Below, piece after piece: positions 31,666-41,266 of a DNA stretch of 64,000 bases. The stretch's first letter is position 1. Each line of letters begins with the position of its first letter. The notes beneath the pieces were generated by a model. That model searched no databases. It was given only the letters and a program-made list of their open reading frames with translations, and was not told the origin of the DNA. The DNA is taken from NCBI GenBank assembly GCA_964634875.1, contig CAZWKA010000004.1, positions 15,640 through 79,639 on the forward strand, in the 5' to 3' direction. The position numbers and the translations under genes were made by a program. This DNA comes from an uncultured Gammaproteobacteria bacterium. Lineage in GTDB: Bacteria; Patescibacteriota; Patescibacteriia; Magasanikbacterales; GWA2-37-8.

Positions 31666-32706
31666 ATGTTTCTAAAATTACCCACAGAAGAAAGGTCCGA
31701 AAAAATTGACTTCCTACGAGGAAGCGCAGTCTTTTTCATGCTTGCCACTCATATTAATGTGGTTTTTGTAAAAGAATATACTTATATCTTAGATAGATTA
31801 ACATGGTGGGGAGCAACCGTAAGTTTTAGTGTTTTCTTATTTTGCTTTGCTTATATCTATGGCTTAAAATTATCTGACACTAAAAAATTAAGCAGAGAAA
31901 AACAAGTTAAAAGAATTTTTCTTTTGCTTTTTATTTATTATATAACAACTTTTTTCAGCCATTTTTTTCTTTTTAACAGCATCTCAATCGACGAATTACA
32001 GTCTATTTTAACCTTTCAATATTTACCTCTCTTCACTGAATTCATTATTCCTTTTTTTCTTTATACTATTCTAATTTTAATTTTTTATCCAGTTTTAAAA
32101 AAAATGCTAAATCGACCAATACTATTTATTATAATTTCTCTTATTATCTACTTTTTGGGTGGGTGGCTTTATATGCTTGATGGAATGGGTAATTTTTTAA
32201 ATGTTGTAAAAACTTTAATGGTGGGTAATGGGCATATTCATAGCTATGGTGTCATATCTTACTTTCCCATCTTTGTTCTCGGATTCATTGCTGGTGGAAC
32301 ACAAAAAAATAGCGAGGGCAACTCGTCAACTCTATCAATGTTTATACTATGTTCGATTTTATTTGTTTTTTTAAAAATTTCAGGACTTTCCGAGTGGTAT
32401 AGATTCCCGCCGTCTGTCCTATTTTTACTCTATGGAGTTATTTATAGTTTTGGAGTAATATTACTATACAAATATATCAAAAGAGCAAGCATCCTAGATA
32501 AATATTTTATATTTTTAGGCAAAAGAGCCTTGTTTATCTTTTTGATTAATGTGCTCCTGATTTTAGGTTTATCTAGTTTTTTAAATCATGAAAAATTTGC
32601 CGTAAAAACAGTCTTGTTATTGCAATTTTTAATTATTACAAGCATATCTCTGGTAACCTATTTTTATGAAAAAATGGCTATTATTTGGCAGAGAGAAAAA
32701 ATCTAG
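31666..32706 (+). CDS. Acyltransferase family 3 (OpgC/OatA-like) membrane O-acyltransferase.
   Basis: N-terminal KIDFLRGSAVFFMLATH matches the conserved IDxLRG...H start of Acyl_transf_3, with about 10 TM helices. Confidence 0.5.
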   Translation: MFLKLPTEERSEKIDFLRGSAVFFMLATHINVVFVKEYTYILDRLTWWGATVSFSVFLFCFAYIYGLKLSDTKKLSREKQVKRIFLLLFIYYITTFFSHFFLFNSISIDELQSILTFQYLPLFTEFIIPFFLYTILILIFYPVLKKMLNRPILFIIISLIIYFLGGWLYMLDGMGNFLNVVKTLMVGNGHIHSYGVISYFPIFVLGFIAGGTQKNSEGNSSTLSMFILCSILFVFLKISGLSEWYRFPPSVLFLLYGVIYSFGVILLYKYIKRASILDKYFIFLGKRALFIFLINVLLILGLSSFLNHEKFAVKTVLLLQFLIITSISLVTYFYEKMAIIWQREKI

Positions 32707-34228
32707 AAAATTTTGGTATACTTTAGTTGGACTAGTGCTACTGTTATTTTGTAGTTTTTTTATAATACTTTTTTTAAGTATTAAACCTCAAAATCTAAAC
32801 GATCTTTTTTTTAACAATTGGACGTGTAATACTTTTGAGAATGACAAAAATGAGCTGGTTGAGTCAGTAAAGCCCGATAAAAAGTGGATTTTAATTGGGG
32901 ATGAATTTACAAAAGAAGAAAAACTAGTAATTTTAAAAGTGAAGCTTGCTGATAAAGCAACAAGATATTTTGATCGACCGGATTCTGTAAAAATTTTTTA
33001 TGAGCTGGTAAATACAGAAAATGAACAACTGACAGATAGTGTGGTGTCCGGTTATTTCGCTACGAGCTCGCTGATACATGTAGGCGAACTTTTGTTTGAG
33101 GAAAAAATAAATATAAGCAGTTTGCCTGTCGGCGAATACAGGGTCAATCTAAAAGCACAGTTTGACTGTGGTGAGTCATTGGCCTTTTTTGAAAATATTT
33201 TTATTTCCTATCCATTATACGTCGTATGGAGTTTTGATTGGGAGGGGTATGCTGTAAAAAATGAATATTTGGAAAAAATAGATGCACTTACTGAAAAACA
33301 TGATAATTTTCCTCTGAGCCACGTCATTAATCCAAGGTTATTTATTACCAAAACTATTCCGCAAGCACAGCGAGATCGTATGAAAGATTGGTTGGTAGAA
33401 AGAAAAAATAATAAAGATCATAGTTTGGGTTTGCATTTGCATATGTTTTATGAAAATCTTGAGGCTGCAAAGATACCTATTCCAAAAAAAGATATACTTG
33501 ATCTTGAGGCAGATTTTTATGCTTCGGTCACGACTTCACCTACGAGCTCGCCAGTAAGCTCATCGAGCACTACGACTTTATTTGATGCGAGTAAATTACA
33601 AAAGAAGCAACTGTATGATCTTGTATACTGGGGTACTAAGTATGATGACGGTTATGATATTTTGGTAACAAATTTTGGTTATCGTGAGCTAGATAAAATA
33701 GTAAAATGGTCAAAAAAACTTTTTACAGAGCTTGGTTTCGGAACACCAACCACATATCGATCCGGTGGTTGGTTTGCAGATTCAACTACCTTAGAGGTTT
33801 TACAAGACAATGGCTTTACTGTAGATACTTCTGGTAGGACAAAATATAATTTTGGTACAAATAAAATTCCTGGATTTTGGGATTTATCAATTACTTCACA
33901 GCCCTATCAGCCCAATGTGAAGGACCAAAATTCAGCTATGGCACCAAATATGAAGATATGGGAATTTCCAAATAATGGAGGTGATTCGTGGTGGTATACC
34001 GCAGAACAAATGATAGAGCGGTTTAATGCAAATTGGGGAGTAGTTGGTAAACCGCTTGAAAAAAGAACCGTTGTAGTTTTTTTAAGTCACCCAGACTGGT
34101 TTCATGTAGATGAGCCGAAAGTTGACAAGCTCTTTAATTATACCGATGCTTATTTGAATTCAAGAGACAATGGCCCAGTATCATATCAAAATTTAGAAAA
34201 ATTATATACAATATGGACTCAATTTTAA
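32666..34228 (+). CDS. Membrane-anchored extracytoplasmic protein of unknown function, possibly a divergent polysaccharide deacetylase (CE4)-like domain.
   Basis: N-terminal TM and a Ser/Thr-rich linker (TSPTSSPVSSSSTTT). Weak CE4-like elements VWSFDWEG and LHLHMF. Overlaps the upstream and downstream genes, suggesting an operon. Confidence 0.3.
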   Translation: MKKWLLFGREKKSRKFWYTLVGLVLLLFCSFFIILFLSIKPQNLNDLFFNNWTCNTFENDKNELVESVKPDKKWILIGDEFTKEEKLVILKVKLADKATRYFDRPDSVKIFYELVNTENEQLTDSVVSGYFATSSLIHVGELLFEEKINISSLPVGEYRVNLKAQFDCGESLAFFENIFISYPLYVVWSFDWEGYAVKNEYLEKIDALTEKHDNFPLSHVINPRLFITKTIPQAQRDRMKDWLVERKNNKDHSLGLHLHMFYENLEAAKIPIPKKDILDLEADFYASVTTSPTSSPVSSSSTTTLFDASKLQKKQLYDLVYWGTKYDDGYDILVTNFGYRELDKIVKWSKKLFTELGFGTPTTYRSGGWFADSTTLEVLQDNGFTVDTSGRTKYNFGTNKIPGFWDLSITSQPYQPNVKDQNSAMAPNMKIWEFPNNGGDSWWYTAEQMIERFNANWGVVGKPLEKRTVVVFLSHPDWFHVDEPKVDKLFNYTDAYLNSRDNGPVSYQNLEKLYTIWTQF

Positions 34229-36144
34229 GTTTTGGAATACTAAATTTTAACATATTAATTTCGATAATTTTTATTGCTATTGTAATTTTAGCTGTCTTTA
34301 ATTTTGCTATTTTTGTTCTTAAAAAAGAAAAATATTATCGCCTTTTGGTTATATTAAATACGGCTAGTATTGCTTTAATTTTATTTTTTTCTTTCGTTAC
34401 TTTATTTTCAAGGCCTTTTGCTCGGTTGGAAACGGTGACCGAAGGCGGAAATTTGATAGAGGCGCACCAACCGATTGAAATATCTTTTACGGTTCCTATT
34501 AACCCGGAGAATACATCTTTTCGGATGTCCCCTGAAGTCGATGGTGATTGGGTTTTCCAAAATGCCTCGCCATTTTCTTCTCGAAAATACAAAGATAGAG
34601 CAATTTTTATTCCCAAAGAATCTTTTTATCCTGAGACTAAAATTGTAGTATATATTGTGGGATTGAAACGATTGTTTCCTGGAGGTAAAAGACATGAGCA
34701 ATCTACTGAGTTTTTTTCTCCCAAACTACCTATTATTACAGAGGTATACCCTAAAAACGGTCAAGAAAATGTAAGCACAAAGGATCCATTTGAAATAACT
34801 TTTGACGCGCCGAGCGGAGAATTCATAAACTGGGTGTACGAGATCAACCCACCAGTTGATTTTACTGTCGACAAATCGGAAAATAAGCATAAACTAGTAT
34901 TTTCTAAACCTCTGCTACAAAATCATGAATATTCCTTATCAATCTCCAGATCTGGACGTTCGTATCGAGTTGAAGATTTTTCTGATCTTGAAAAGGGCGA
35001 TGTAGAATTAATGGATAAAGTTACTTTTAAGACTACCGCTTCGCCATTAGTTAAATTTTTCGATCAGCAAGGGAATGGTGTGCGAGCCGAAAGCCCTATC
35101 AAAATAGTTTTTTCTGAAGAAATGAACCAGACAAGTGTGGCAGAAAAGTTTACCCTTAGTCCAGCAACGACAGGTAAAATAAATTGGGAAGATGGAAAAA
35201 CTTTTATTTTTGTACCAGATGTTGAATTTAAAAAAGGTGTTGATTATACAATTAAATTTTTAAGTGGGATGGAAAATAAATATGGAGGCAACACCGACCA
35301 CGATATAGAGCTGCATTTCAGCCCGGTGGGAGTAGTTAAAATTTTATCAATATCCCCCAAAAATGCTTCTCAGGGGCAATCTGTCGATTTATCAAGAGTG
35401 GTAATTGAATTTGACCAAGAAGTAGATCATACTTCAGCGCAAAATTCTTTTTCTATATCTCCAAATATTCCAGGGTCTTTTTCTTGGGAAGGTAATAAAA
35501 TGATATTCTCTCTTAGTTCTAGTTTGGAAAATTCAACAAAATATAGTATAAAATTAAAAAAGGGTATCAAAACTGTTTATGGATTAGACTCGGCCGAAGA
35601 CTATAATTATTCATTTACTACAAAAAATAAGGTTTTTTCTTTGGACATACCTTTGTATGACCAAAGCGAAACTTTTACCTGCAATATTGCTGCGACCAGA
35701 ATGGTACTTGCTTACAAAGGAATCGCTCTTTCAGAAAATTCTATTAAAGTAACAATTGGTGAAGGTGTAGATCCGAATGTAAACTGGGTTGAGGGCTACG
35801 GCGTGCATTGGGGGCCAATATATAATTTTATAAGTAAATATCGCACTGTATCTTTAAAAAATAATTGGAATATTGAAGATCTTGTACAAGAAGTACAGCG
35901 AGGTAACCCCGTAATAATTTGGGGGCACAATCAGTTTAGTTCGACAGGCACATTTGAACTTGATTCAGGGGCTACTGGTTATCACGGAATGCATTCGGTA
36001 GTGGTAAAAGGTTTTGTTGGAAACGTAGAAAATCCAACTTCTATAATTGTAAATGACCCTTGGCTCGGATCAAGAACTATTAGTCTTTCAAGCTTTAAGA
36101 GCCTCTGGGCTTATATTGACAATACAGCTCTCGTAGTTTATTAA
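34213..36144 (+). CDS. Surface protein with four Big_5 (SbsA-like Ig) domains and a C-terminal C39-like papain-fold peptidase domain (Peptidase_C39_2/YvpB-like).
   Basis: Two N-terminal TM helices. Four roughly 100-aa repeats of the pattern I..F...(M/V)...S......SP...G...W.......F.P........Y.I.(L/F). The C-terminus has QSETFTCNIAATRMVLAYKG (catalytic Cys context of C39-like) and GYHGMHSVVVKG (His). Confidence 0.55.
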   Translation: MDSILSFGILNFNILISIIFIAIVILAVFNFAIFVLKKEKYYRLLVILNTASIALILFFSFVTLFSRPFARLETVTEGGNLIEAHQPIEISFTVPINPENTSFRMSPEVDGDWVFQNASPFSSRKYKDRAIFIPKESFYPETKIVVYIVGLKRLFPGGKRHEQSTEFFSPKLPIITEVYPKNGQENVSTKDPFEITFDAPSGEFINWVYEINPPVDFTVDKSENKHKLVFSKPLLQNHEYSLSISRSGRSYRVEDFSDLEKGDVELMDKVTFKTTASPLVKFFDQQGNGVRAESPIKIVFSEEMNQTSVAEKFTLSPATTGKINWEDGKTFIFVPDVEFKKGVDYTIKFLSGMENKYGGNTDHDIELHFSPVGVVKILSISPKNASQGQSVDLSRVVIEFDQEVDHTSAQNSFSISPNIPGSFSWEGNKMIFSLSSSLENSTKYSIKLKKGIKTVYGLDSAEDYNYSFTTKNKVFSLDIPLYDQSETFTCNIAATRMVLAYKGIALSENSIKVTIGEGVDPNVNWVEGYGVHWGPIYNFISKYRTVSLKNNWNIEDLVQEVQRGNPVIIWGHNQFSSTGTFELDSGATGYHGMHSVVVKGFVGNVENPTSIIVNDPWLGSRTISLSSFKSLWAYIDNTALVVY

Positions 36145-36324
36145 AGTAAATAATTAACTTTTAATCTTGAGTTGGATTACTTTACAAAACAAGTCCTAAT
36201 TTCACCTACTAGCCGGAACCGGGAAAAAAGTAACTTAATAAGCAGTATTTTATATACTCTATAGGGGATTTGAACCTTGTGGTAATCTTTGCTGCTGATT
36301 TCACCTTAAATTAGCTAAGTTAAT

Positions 36325-36918
36325 ATGATAAAAGAGCGTAAAGTATGGACCATTTTAGCAGTGGTTGCGGGAACCACTTTATTGTTTACAGGAATTCTCA
36401 TTGGAAAATCATTTTCAAAAGCAGTACCGGTAACAACCTTTCAACAAAATAGTATCGGTACAAGCTCTACCCCCTCTGCCAACATTCAAAAAAATAGTAT
36501 TTTCGATCTTGCAAATGAGTACAAACCGTACTCGATCGGAGAAAGTCGAGAATTAAAAAGCGTCGACACAGCTAATACTGATTTAAACATTCAACTTGGT
36601 GTCATGCATGATACGGCAAATATTTTTGATGAAAAAAATAAAATTACATACCGATTATTTAGAACAGGATACGATGACACCCCACCAACCTACTACGCTG
36701 GCAGAATCATCGTGGAGGTGGCTGTTGCGTCAGGGGGGCCTATACAGTGGCTGTATTTTGTGACCGAGATAGCAGATATGAATAGCTTGGGCAAACTTCA
36801 AATCCAAGGCGACGATCTTATTGCAACATGCGACCAAAATAACAATTCGACAACCTGCAGCTACTCAATTACTTATCAAAGTAAAAGCTCAAAATTACTA
36901 GTAAAAAAGTTAAAATAA
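36325..36918 (+). CDS. Hypothetical secreted or membrane-anchored protein.
   Basis: N-terminal TM WTILAVVAGTTLLFTGILIG. No recognisable domain. Confidence 0.35.
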   Translation: MIKERKVWTILAVVAGTTLLFTGILIGKSFSKAVPVTTFQQNSIGTSSTPSANIQKNSIFDLANEYKPYSIGESRELKSVDTANTDLNIQLGVMHDTANIFDEKNKITYRLFRTGYDDTPPTYYAGRIIVEVAVASGGPIQWLYFVTEIADMNSLGKLQIQGDDLIATCDQNNNSTTCSYSITYQSKSSKLLVKKLK

Positions 36919-37124
36919 ACACACTACACCTGTTTTTCTAAACCATTCACCCTGTTCCATACGAGCGCAGATCAAGTTTACGTTTGTTACCCATTAGTAT
37001 CGTACTTTACATATTTTAAAAAAACAGATACCATGTTTGCAGCCTTGGATAGTGCTGAGTAACAAACGATAGGTCTTAATCATACACCCCTTGATTAAGC
37101 GTTTGAAACGATGATGTGCTATCA

Positions 37125-37153
37125 ATTAAAACCGGCATTTGCTCGGTTTTTTT
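37125..37153 (+). terminator. Weak hairpin plus T7 (aaaaccggcatttgctcggttttttt) in the 5' leader of the second P-type ATPase gene. Possible terminator or attenuator.
   Basis: 5-bp stem aaccg/cggtt with a 9-nt loop followed by seven T, located 17 nt upstream of the likely ATG at 37170. Confidence 0.25.
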
Positions 37154-37169
37154 ATTTAACACTAAAACC

Positions 37170-39800
37170 ATGTCCTATCATACAAAAACAATCGAGGAGT
37201 TGGTGAATTCTTTTCACACTTCAAAAAATAACGGACTTTCTTCCGAAGAAGTTATAACTCGCCGGGAACATGATGGATTAAACGAGCTTCCACCCGCCCA
37301 AAAGGATAGTCTATTGCAAAAAATTTGGCACCAATTTCGGGATGCCCTGGTGCTCATCTTAATTACGGCCGCAATCATTTCATTTGTCCTCGGCGACTAT
37401 AAAGACGGCATTGTTATCAGCATCATTGTTATTGCCAACGCCATTATCGGGCTGTTACAGCAAGCCAAAGCTGAAAACGCCATTGCTGCGCTACAAAAAA
37501 TGTCAGAATCGACTGCTAAAGTCATTCGTGACGGGGACAGACAGACCATTCCCACACGTGAAGTTGTGCCGGGAGATATCGTTGTCATTGAAGCGGGCGA
37601 TAAAATTCCTGCTGACGGACGAGTAATCGAATCTGCTCACCTAAGAGTTACTGAGGCTGCTTTAACCGGAGAATCTAAGTCGATTGAAAAACATACCAAC
37701 CCCGTGCCACAAGAAAATGTTCCTCTCGGCGACCGAACCAACATGGTGTATAAAGATGCCGTGGCCACATATGGACGCGGCAAAGTCATCGTCACCGCCA
37801 TTGGAATTAAAACCGAAATTGGTAAAATTTCCCAATTACTACAACAACAGAAAAAAAGTCTTACCCCTTTAGAGAAGGAACTAAACCAGGTGGGAAAAGT
37901 GCTTACCAAAATAGCGCTAATCTCAGCATTTGCCATTTTTCTATCTCTGATTTTTTTTACTACTATTCACATTAAAGATGTATTTTTTACAGCCATGTCG
38001 GTTGCCATTGCTGTAATACCAGAAGGAATTCCAACAGTCGTTATTACCGTACTTGCTATCGCTGTCACCAAATTAGCCAAGCAAAACGCCATCATACGAA
38101 GATTATCAGCGGTTGAAACGCTCGGGAGCACCACACACATCCTTACCGATAAAACAGGTACACTGACAAAAAATGAGATGACCGCCATCGAAGTAGTGGT
38201 TCAAAATAAAAATTTTTCTATTCAAGAAAATGGGCAGTGGGTCGTAAATAAAAACACCGTACAACCTCTACAAGACAAAGACATAGTATGGCTCTTAACC
38301 TGCGCCGTTCTTTGTAATGACGCGCATCTCACGAAAGAAGGAGGGCTAATGGGTGACCCAACAGAAACGAGCCTGATTCAACTGGCACTACACGCCGGCA
38401 TGAACATACGCACCGTCTCCAGTCAATATGAACGCGTAGACGAAATTCCTTTTTCTTCAGAAACCAAACGAATGATTGTGGTAGTAAAAGATAGTGAGGA
38501 AAATTATTTTTCCATTTCCAAAGGCGCTGTTGAAGTTATCTATGATCATGCTCAGCAAAAAGATGCCACAACCCTGAACCAGGCCTCTACCCTGTCTCAA
38601 AAAGGCATTCGAACACTGGCTTTTTCGTATAAGGCGCTGCCTAAAAATTGGAAAAAGGACGAGACCTTCGAAGATCAGCTTACCGATCAACACACGCTGA
38701 TTGGTTTAATCGGACTTAAAGATCCCCTACGCCCTGGAGTTAAACGTGCGGTTGAGCAGGCTGCCACAGCAGGCATACAAACAATCATGATTACCGGCGA
38801 TCACAAATTGATTGCAGCAAATATTGGTAAGGAACTGGGTATTATACAGAATGATACCGAGGTTATGGACGGAACTGTTTTGGGTGAGGCTACTGTCGCC
38901 AATATCCAAACAATGCTCGCCCAAACGCGTGTGTTCTCTCGTGTTTCGCCTGAACAAAAACTACACATCGTACAAGCAGTGCAGGCAAACGGACATATCG
39001 TAGCAGTCACCGGCGACGGGGTAAATGATGCTCCGGCCATCAAAACCGCCGATATCGGTGTCGCCATGGGTATTTCAGGAACTGATGTGACGAAGGAAGT
39101 GGCGGATGTGGTTTTGCGCGATGACAATTACTCCACTATCGTCGATGCTGTGCATGAGGGGCGCATTATATTTGGTAATTTCATAAAATTCTTGCGTTAT
39201 CAAATTTCCTGCAACCTTTCTGGAGTCTGTATTATTTTTTTTCCAACACTTTTTGGACTTGCCTCACCGCTCTTACCTATTCATATCTTACTATTAAATC
39301 TGGTTTCAGAAACCGGTCCGTCCATTGCCCTTGGTTTAGAAAAGGGAGAGAAAGATGTGATGTCCAAACCACCCCGCAAAAGAGCGGAAAGATTACTCAC
39401 CCCTATACGCTGGAAAGAAATTATAGGTGAAGCAGTCCTTTTAGCCATCGCCTCACTTGGGGTTTTGTTTGTGGGCTTACAGTGGGCACCAGAGGCCACA
39501 ACCACCATGACTCTGACCACAGCTTTTTTTTCTCGCTTATGGCACGCATTTAACAGCCGCTCAGAAACCCACTCTATTTTTTCGGGGTCCGTGTACCGCA
39601 ACCAATCGCTGAATGTGATTGTCGGCATTACGCTGGTAATATTCTTATTTGCTGTCTATACCTCCTTGGGTAATACATACGTAAGCACCACCCCGTTATC
39701 AATGTCACTTCTTGGCGTCTGCGTAGCTTTTTCGCTTATTCCAGTCATCGGAGTAGAAGCCTACAAATTATTCAAAAAAAATCGGCAGCAATCCAAATAA
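37170..39800 (+). CDS. Cation-transporting P-type ATPase, type IIA (Ca2+-ATPase-like), second copy.
   Basis: DKTGTLTKNE, TGDGVNDAPAIKTADIGVAMG and TGES. The start is set at MSYHTKTIEELV, the canonical N-terminus; the ORF-track start at 37116 is 18 codons upstream. Confidence 0.9.
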   Translation: MSYHTKTIEELVNSFHTSKNNGLSSEEVITRREHDGLNELPPAQKDSLLQKIWHQFRDALVLILITAAIISFVLGDYKDGIVISIIVIANAIIGLLQQAKAENAIAALQKMSESTAKVIRDGDRQTIPTREVVPGDIVVIEAGDKIPADGRVIESAHLRVTEAALTGESKSIEKHTNPVPQENVPLGDRTNMVYKDAVATYGRGKVIVTAIGIKTEIGKISQLLQQQKKSLTPLEKELNQVGKVLTKIALISAFAIFLSLIFFTTIHIKDVFFTAMSVAIAVIPEGIPTVVITVLAIAVTKLAKQNAIIRRLSAVETLGSTTHILTDKTGTLTKNEMTAIEVVVQNKNFSIQENGQWVVNKNTVQPLQDKDIVWLLTCAVLCNDAHLTKEGGLMGDPTETSLIQLALHAGMNIRTVSSQYERVDEIPFSSETKRMIVVVKDSEENYFSISKGAVEVIYDHAQQKDATTLNQASTLSQKGIRTLAFSYKALPKNWKKDETFEDQLTDQHTLIGLIGLKDPLRPGVKRAVEQAATAGIQTIMITGDHKLIAANIGKELGIIQNDTEVMDGTVLGEATVANIQTMLAQTRVFSRVSPEQKLHIVQAVQANGHIVAVTGDGVNDAPAIKTADIGVAMGISGTDVTKEVADVVLRDDNYSTIVDAVHEGRIIFGNFIKFLRYQISCNLSGVCIIFFPTLFGLASPLLPIHILLLNLVSETGPSIALGLEKGEKDVMSKPPRKRAERLLTPIRWKEIIGEAVLLAIASLGVLFVGLQWAPEATTTMTLTTAFFSRLWHAFNSRSETHSIFSGSVYRNQSLNVIVGITLVIFLFAVYTSLGNTYVSTTPLSMSLLGVCVAFSLIPVIGVEAYKLFKKNRQQSK

Positions 39801-39885
39801 GTTAGCCCTTTTACTTGTTAATCCGACCGACTTCCCGTCCGGTCGGATTTTGCTTTTGTTTACCCAAAAGTAACGAGAAGATTTA

Positions 39886-40311
39886 TTACTTCGTCAACGC
39901 TTCCCATAACAATCCCCAAAATGATTTTTTCTTCACTTCTGCCTGTTTAGAAACCTCAGCCTTCTGAACCTCTTTATTTTCAACTTTTACGGATTCTTTC
40001 GAAGGAGCCGAGTCTACCTTGGGAGGAACGACTTTGGCTGCCGGAGGCTCCCCTACTGCTTTTGACTGTTTATATTCCGGAGCAGGGGTAGTTACTCCCC
40101 CATTCTCATTATAATGGCTTTTAACGGGTTCTTTTGGTTGCGGAAGAGCTTTAGCGTTATGACAGTGGTACTCCCCAGTAGAAAGACCCCATTTGGCACA
40201 GTTAGTCCGGCAGGTATGACAGCCATAAGCGTCAGTTCGACCAGGGTGAGCTAGAACCGGTGTCAAGAAGGCAGAGCTACAAAAAAAGGTTAATAAAAAG
40301 ACTTTAAACCG
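39886..40311 (-). CDS. Secreted Cys/His-rich metal-binding protein (YHYH-like motif) with a low-complexity K/E/P/V C-terminal tail.
   Basis: Signal peptide MRFKVFLLTFFCSSAFLTPVLA followed by HPGRTDAYGCHTCRTNCAKWGL..GEYHCH. Confidence 0.4.
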   Translation of the reverse strand, partial: RFKVFLLTFFCSSAFLTPVLAHPGRTDAYGCHTCRTNCAKWGLSTGEYHCHNAKALPQPKEPVKSHYNENGGVTTPAPEYKQSKAVGEPPAAKVVPPKVDSAPSKESVKVENKEVQKAEVSKQAEVKKKSFWGLLWEALTK

Positions 40312-40470
40312 CATATTTAACTCGAGATTAACGAATACTACCTTTAAACTAGCCAATCTTACCTTATATAAAACTAAATAACCATGCACGTCAACAGTAA
40401 TCTTTTAGCAACCCTAGAAACGGTTTGAATCTCATGGTATTGTTAAAAACAATTAGATTAAATACATAGT

Positions 40471-40824
40471 ATGACAAAACACCGGATCTATACCATGAGC
40501 TTCTCCAGCGTCTACCCGCTGTATGTCGCCAAAGCCGAGAAAAAGGGGCGCACAAAAATAGAGGTCGATGAAATTATCTGCTGGCTAACAGGGTACAGCC
40601 AAAAAAAGCTAGAAGTAGAACTGAAAAAACAGACTGACTTTGAGACGTTCTTTGCGAAAGCTCCCCACATGAACCCGTTACGGCGTTTGGTTAAAGGTGT
40701 GGTGTGCGGTGTCCGAGTAGAAGACATTGAGGAACCAACCATGCGGGAAATCCGCTACCTCGATAAATTAATAGATGAGCTCGCCAAAGGGAAAGCAATG
40801 GAGAAGATTTTACGAAAGGAATAA
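40471..40824 (+). CDS. Conserved hypothetical protein, DUF2200-like.
   Basis: The sequence [39 protein letters not shown] recalls the DUF2200 family signature as I remember it. Confidence 0.4.
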   Translation: MTKHRIYTMSFSSVYPLYVAKAEKKGRTKIEVDEIICWLTGYSQKKLEVELKKQTDFETFFAKAPHMNPLRRLVKGVVCGVRVEDIEEPTMREIRYLDKLIDELAKGKAMEKILRKE

Positions 40825-40862
40825 AATGTCACTAGTATTTTAAGTAGCCTAACATACCACAT

Positions 40863-41243
40863 ATGAAACGAGTTACAGGTATCGGTGGAATTTTCTTTAA
40901 AGCCAAGGATGCTCCGGTAATGCACGCCTGGTATAAGAAACATCTCGGGATCGACGTCCAAGACTGGGGAGGTACGGCTTTCCGATGGACAGATGAAGCC
41001 GGACAACCGACAGGAGGCACGACCATCTGGTCAGTTGGTGATAGCAGCAACTTTGAACCAAGCACCGCATCATTTATGGTGAACTATCGAGTTGCAGATC
41101 TACGAGGCTTGCTCGCAGCGCTTCGAGCAGAGGGGTGTCAGGTGCTCGATAAGACAGATGAGTCTGAGTTCGGTAAGTTTGGCTGGGTCATTGATCCCGA
41201 AGGCAACAAGATTGAGCTCTGGGAACCACCGTCCGGGCAATAG
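40863..41243 (+). CDS. VOC-family protein (glyoxalase/bleomycin-resistance/dioxygenase fold).
   Basis: 126 aa with a beta-alpha-beta-beta-beta module. The ...GWVIDPEGNKIELWEP C-terminus is typical. Confidence 0.6.
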   Translation: MKRVTGIGGIFFKAKDAPVMHAWYKKHLGIDVQDWGGTAFRWTDEAGQPTGGTTIWSVGDSSNFEPSTASFMVNYRVADLRGLLAALRAEGCQVLDKTDESEFGKFGWVIDPEGNKIELWEPPSGQ

Positions 41244-41266
41244 CAAAATTAACTACAGACTATTTT

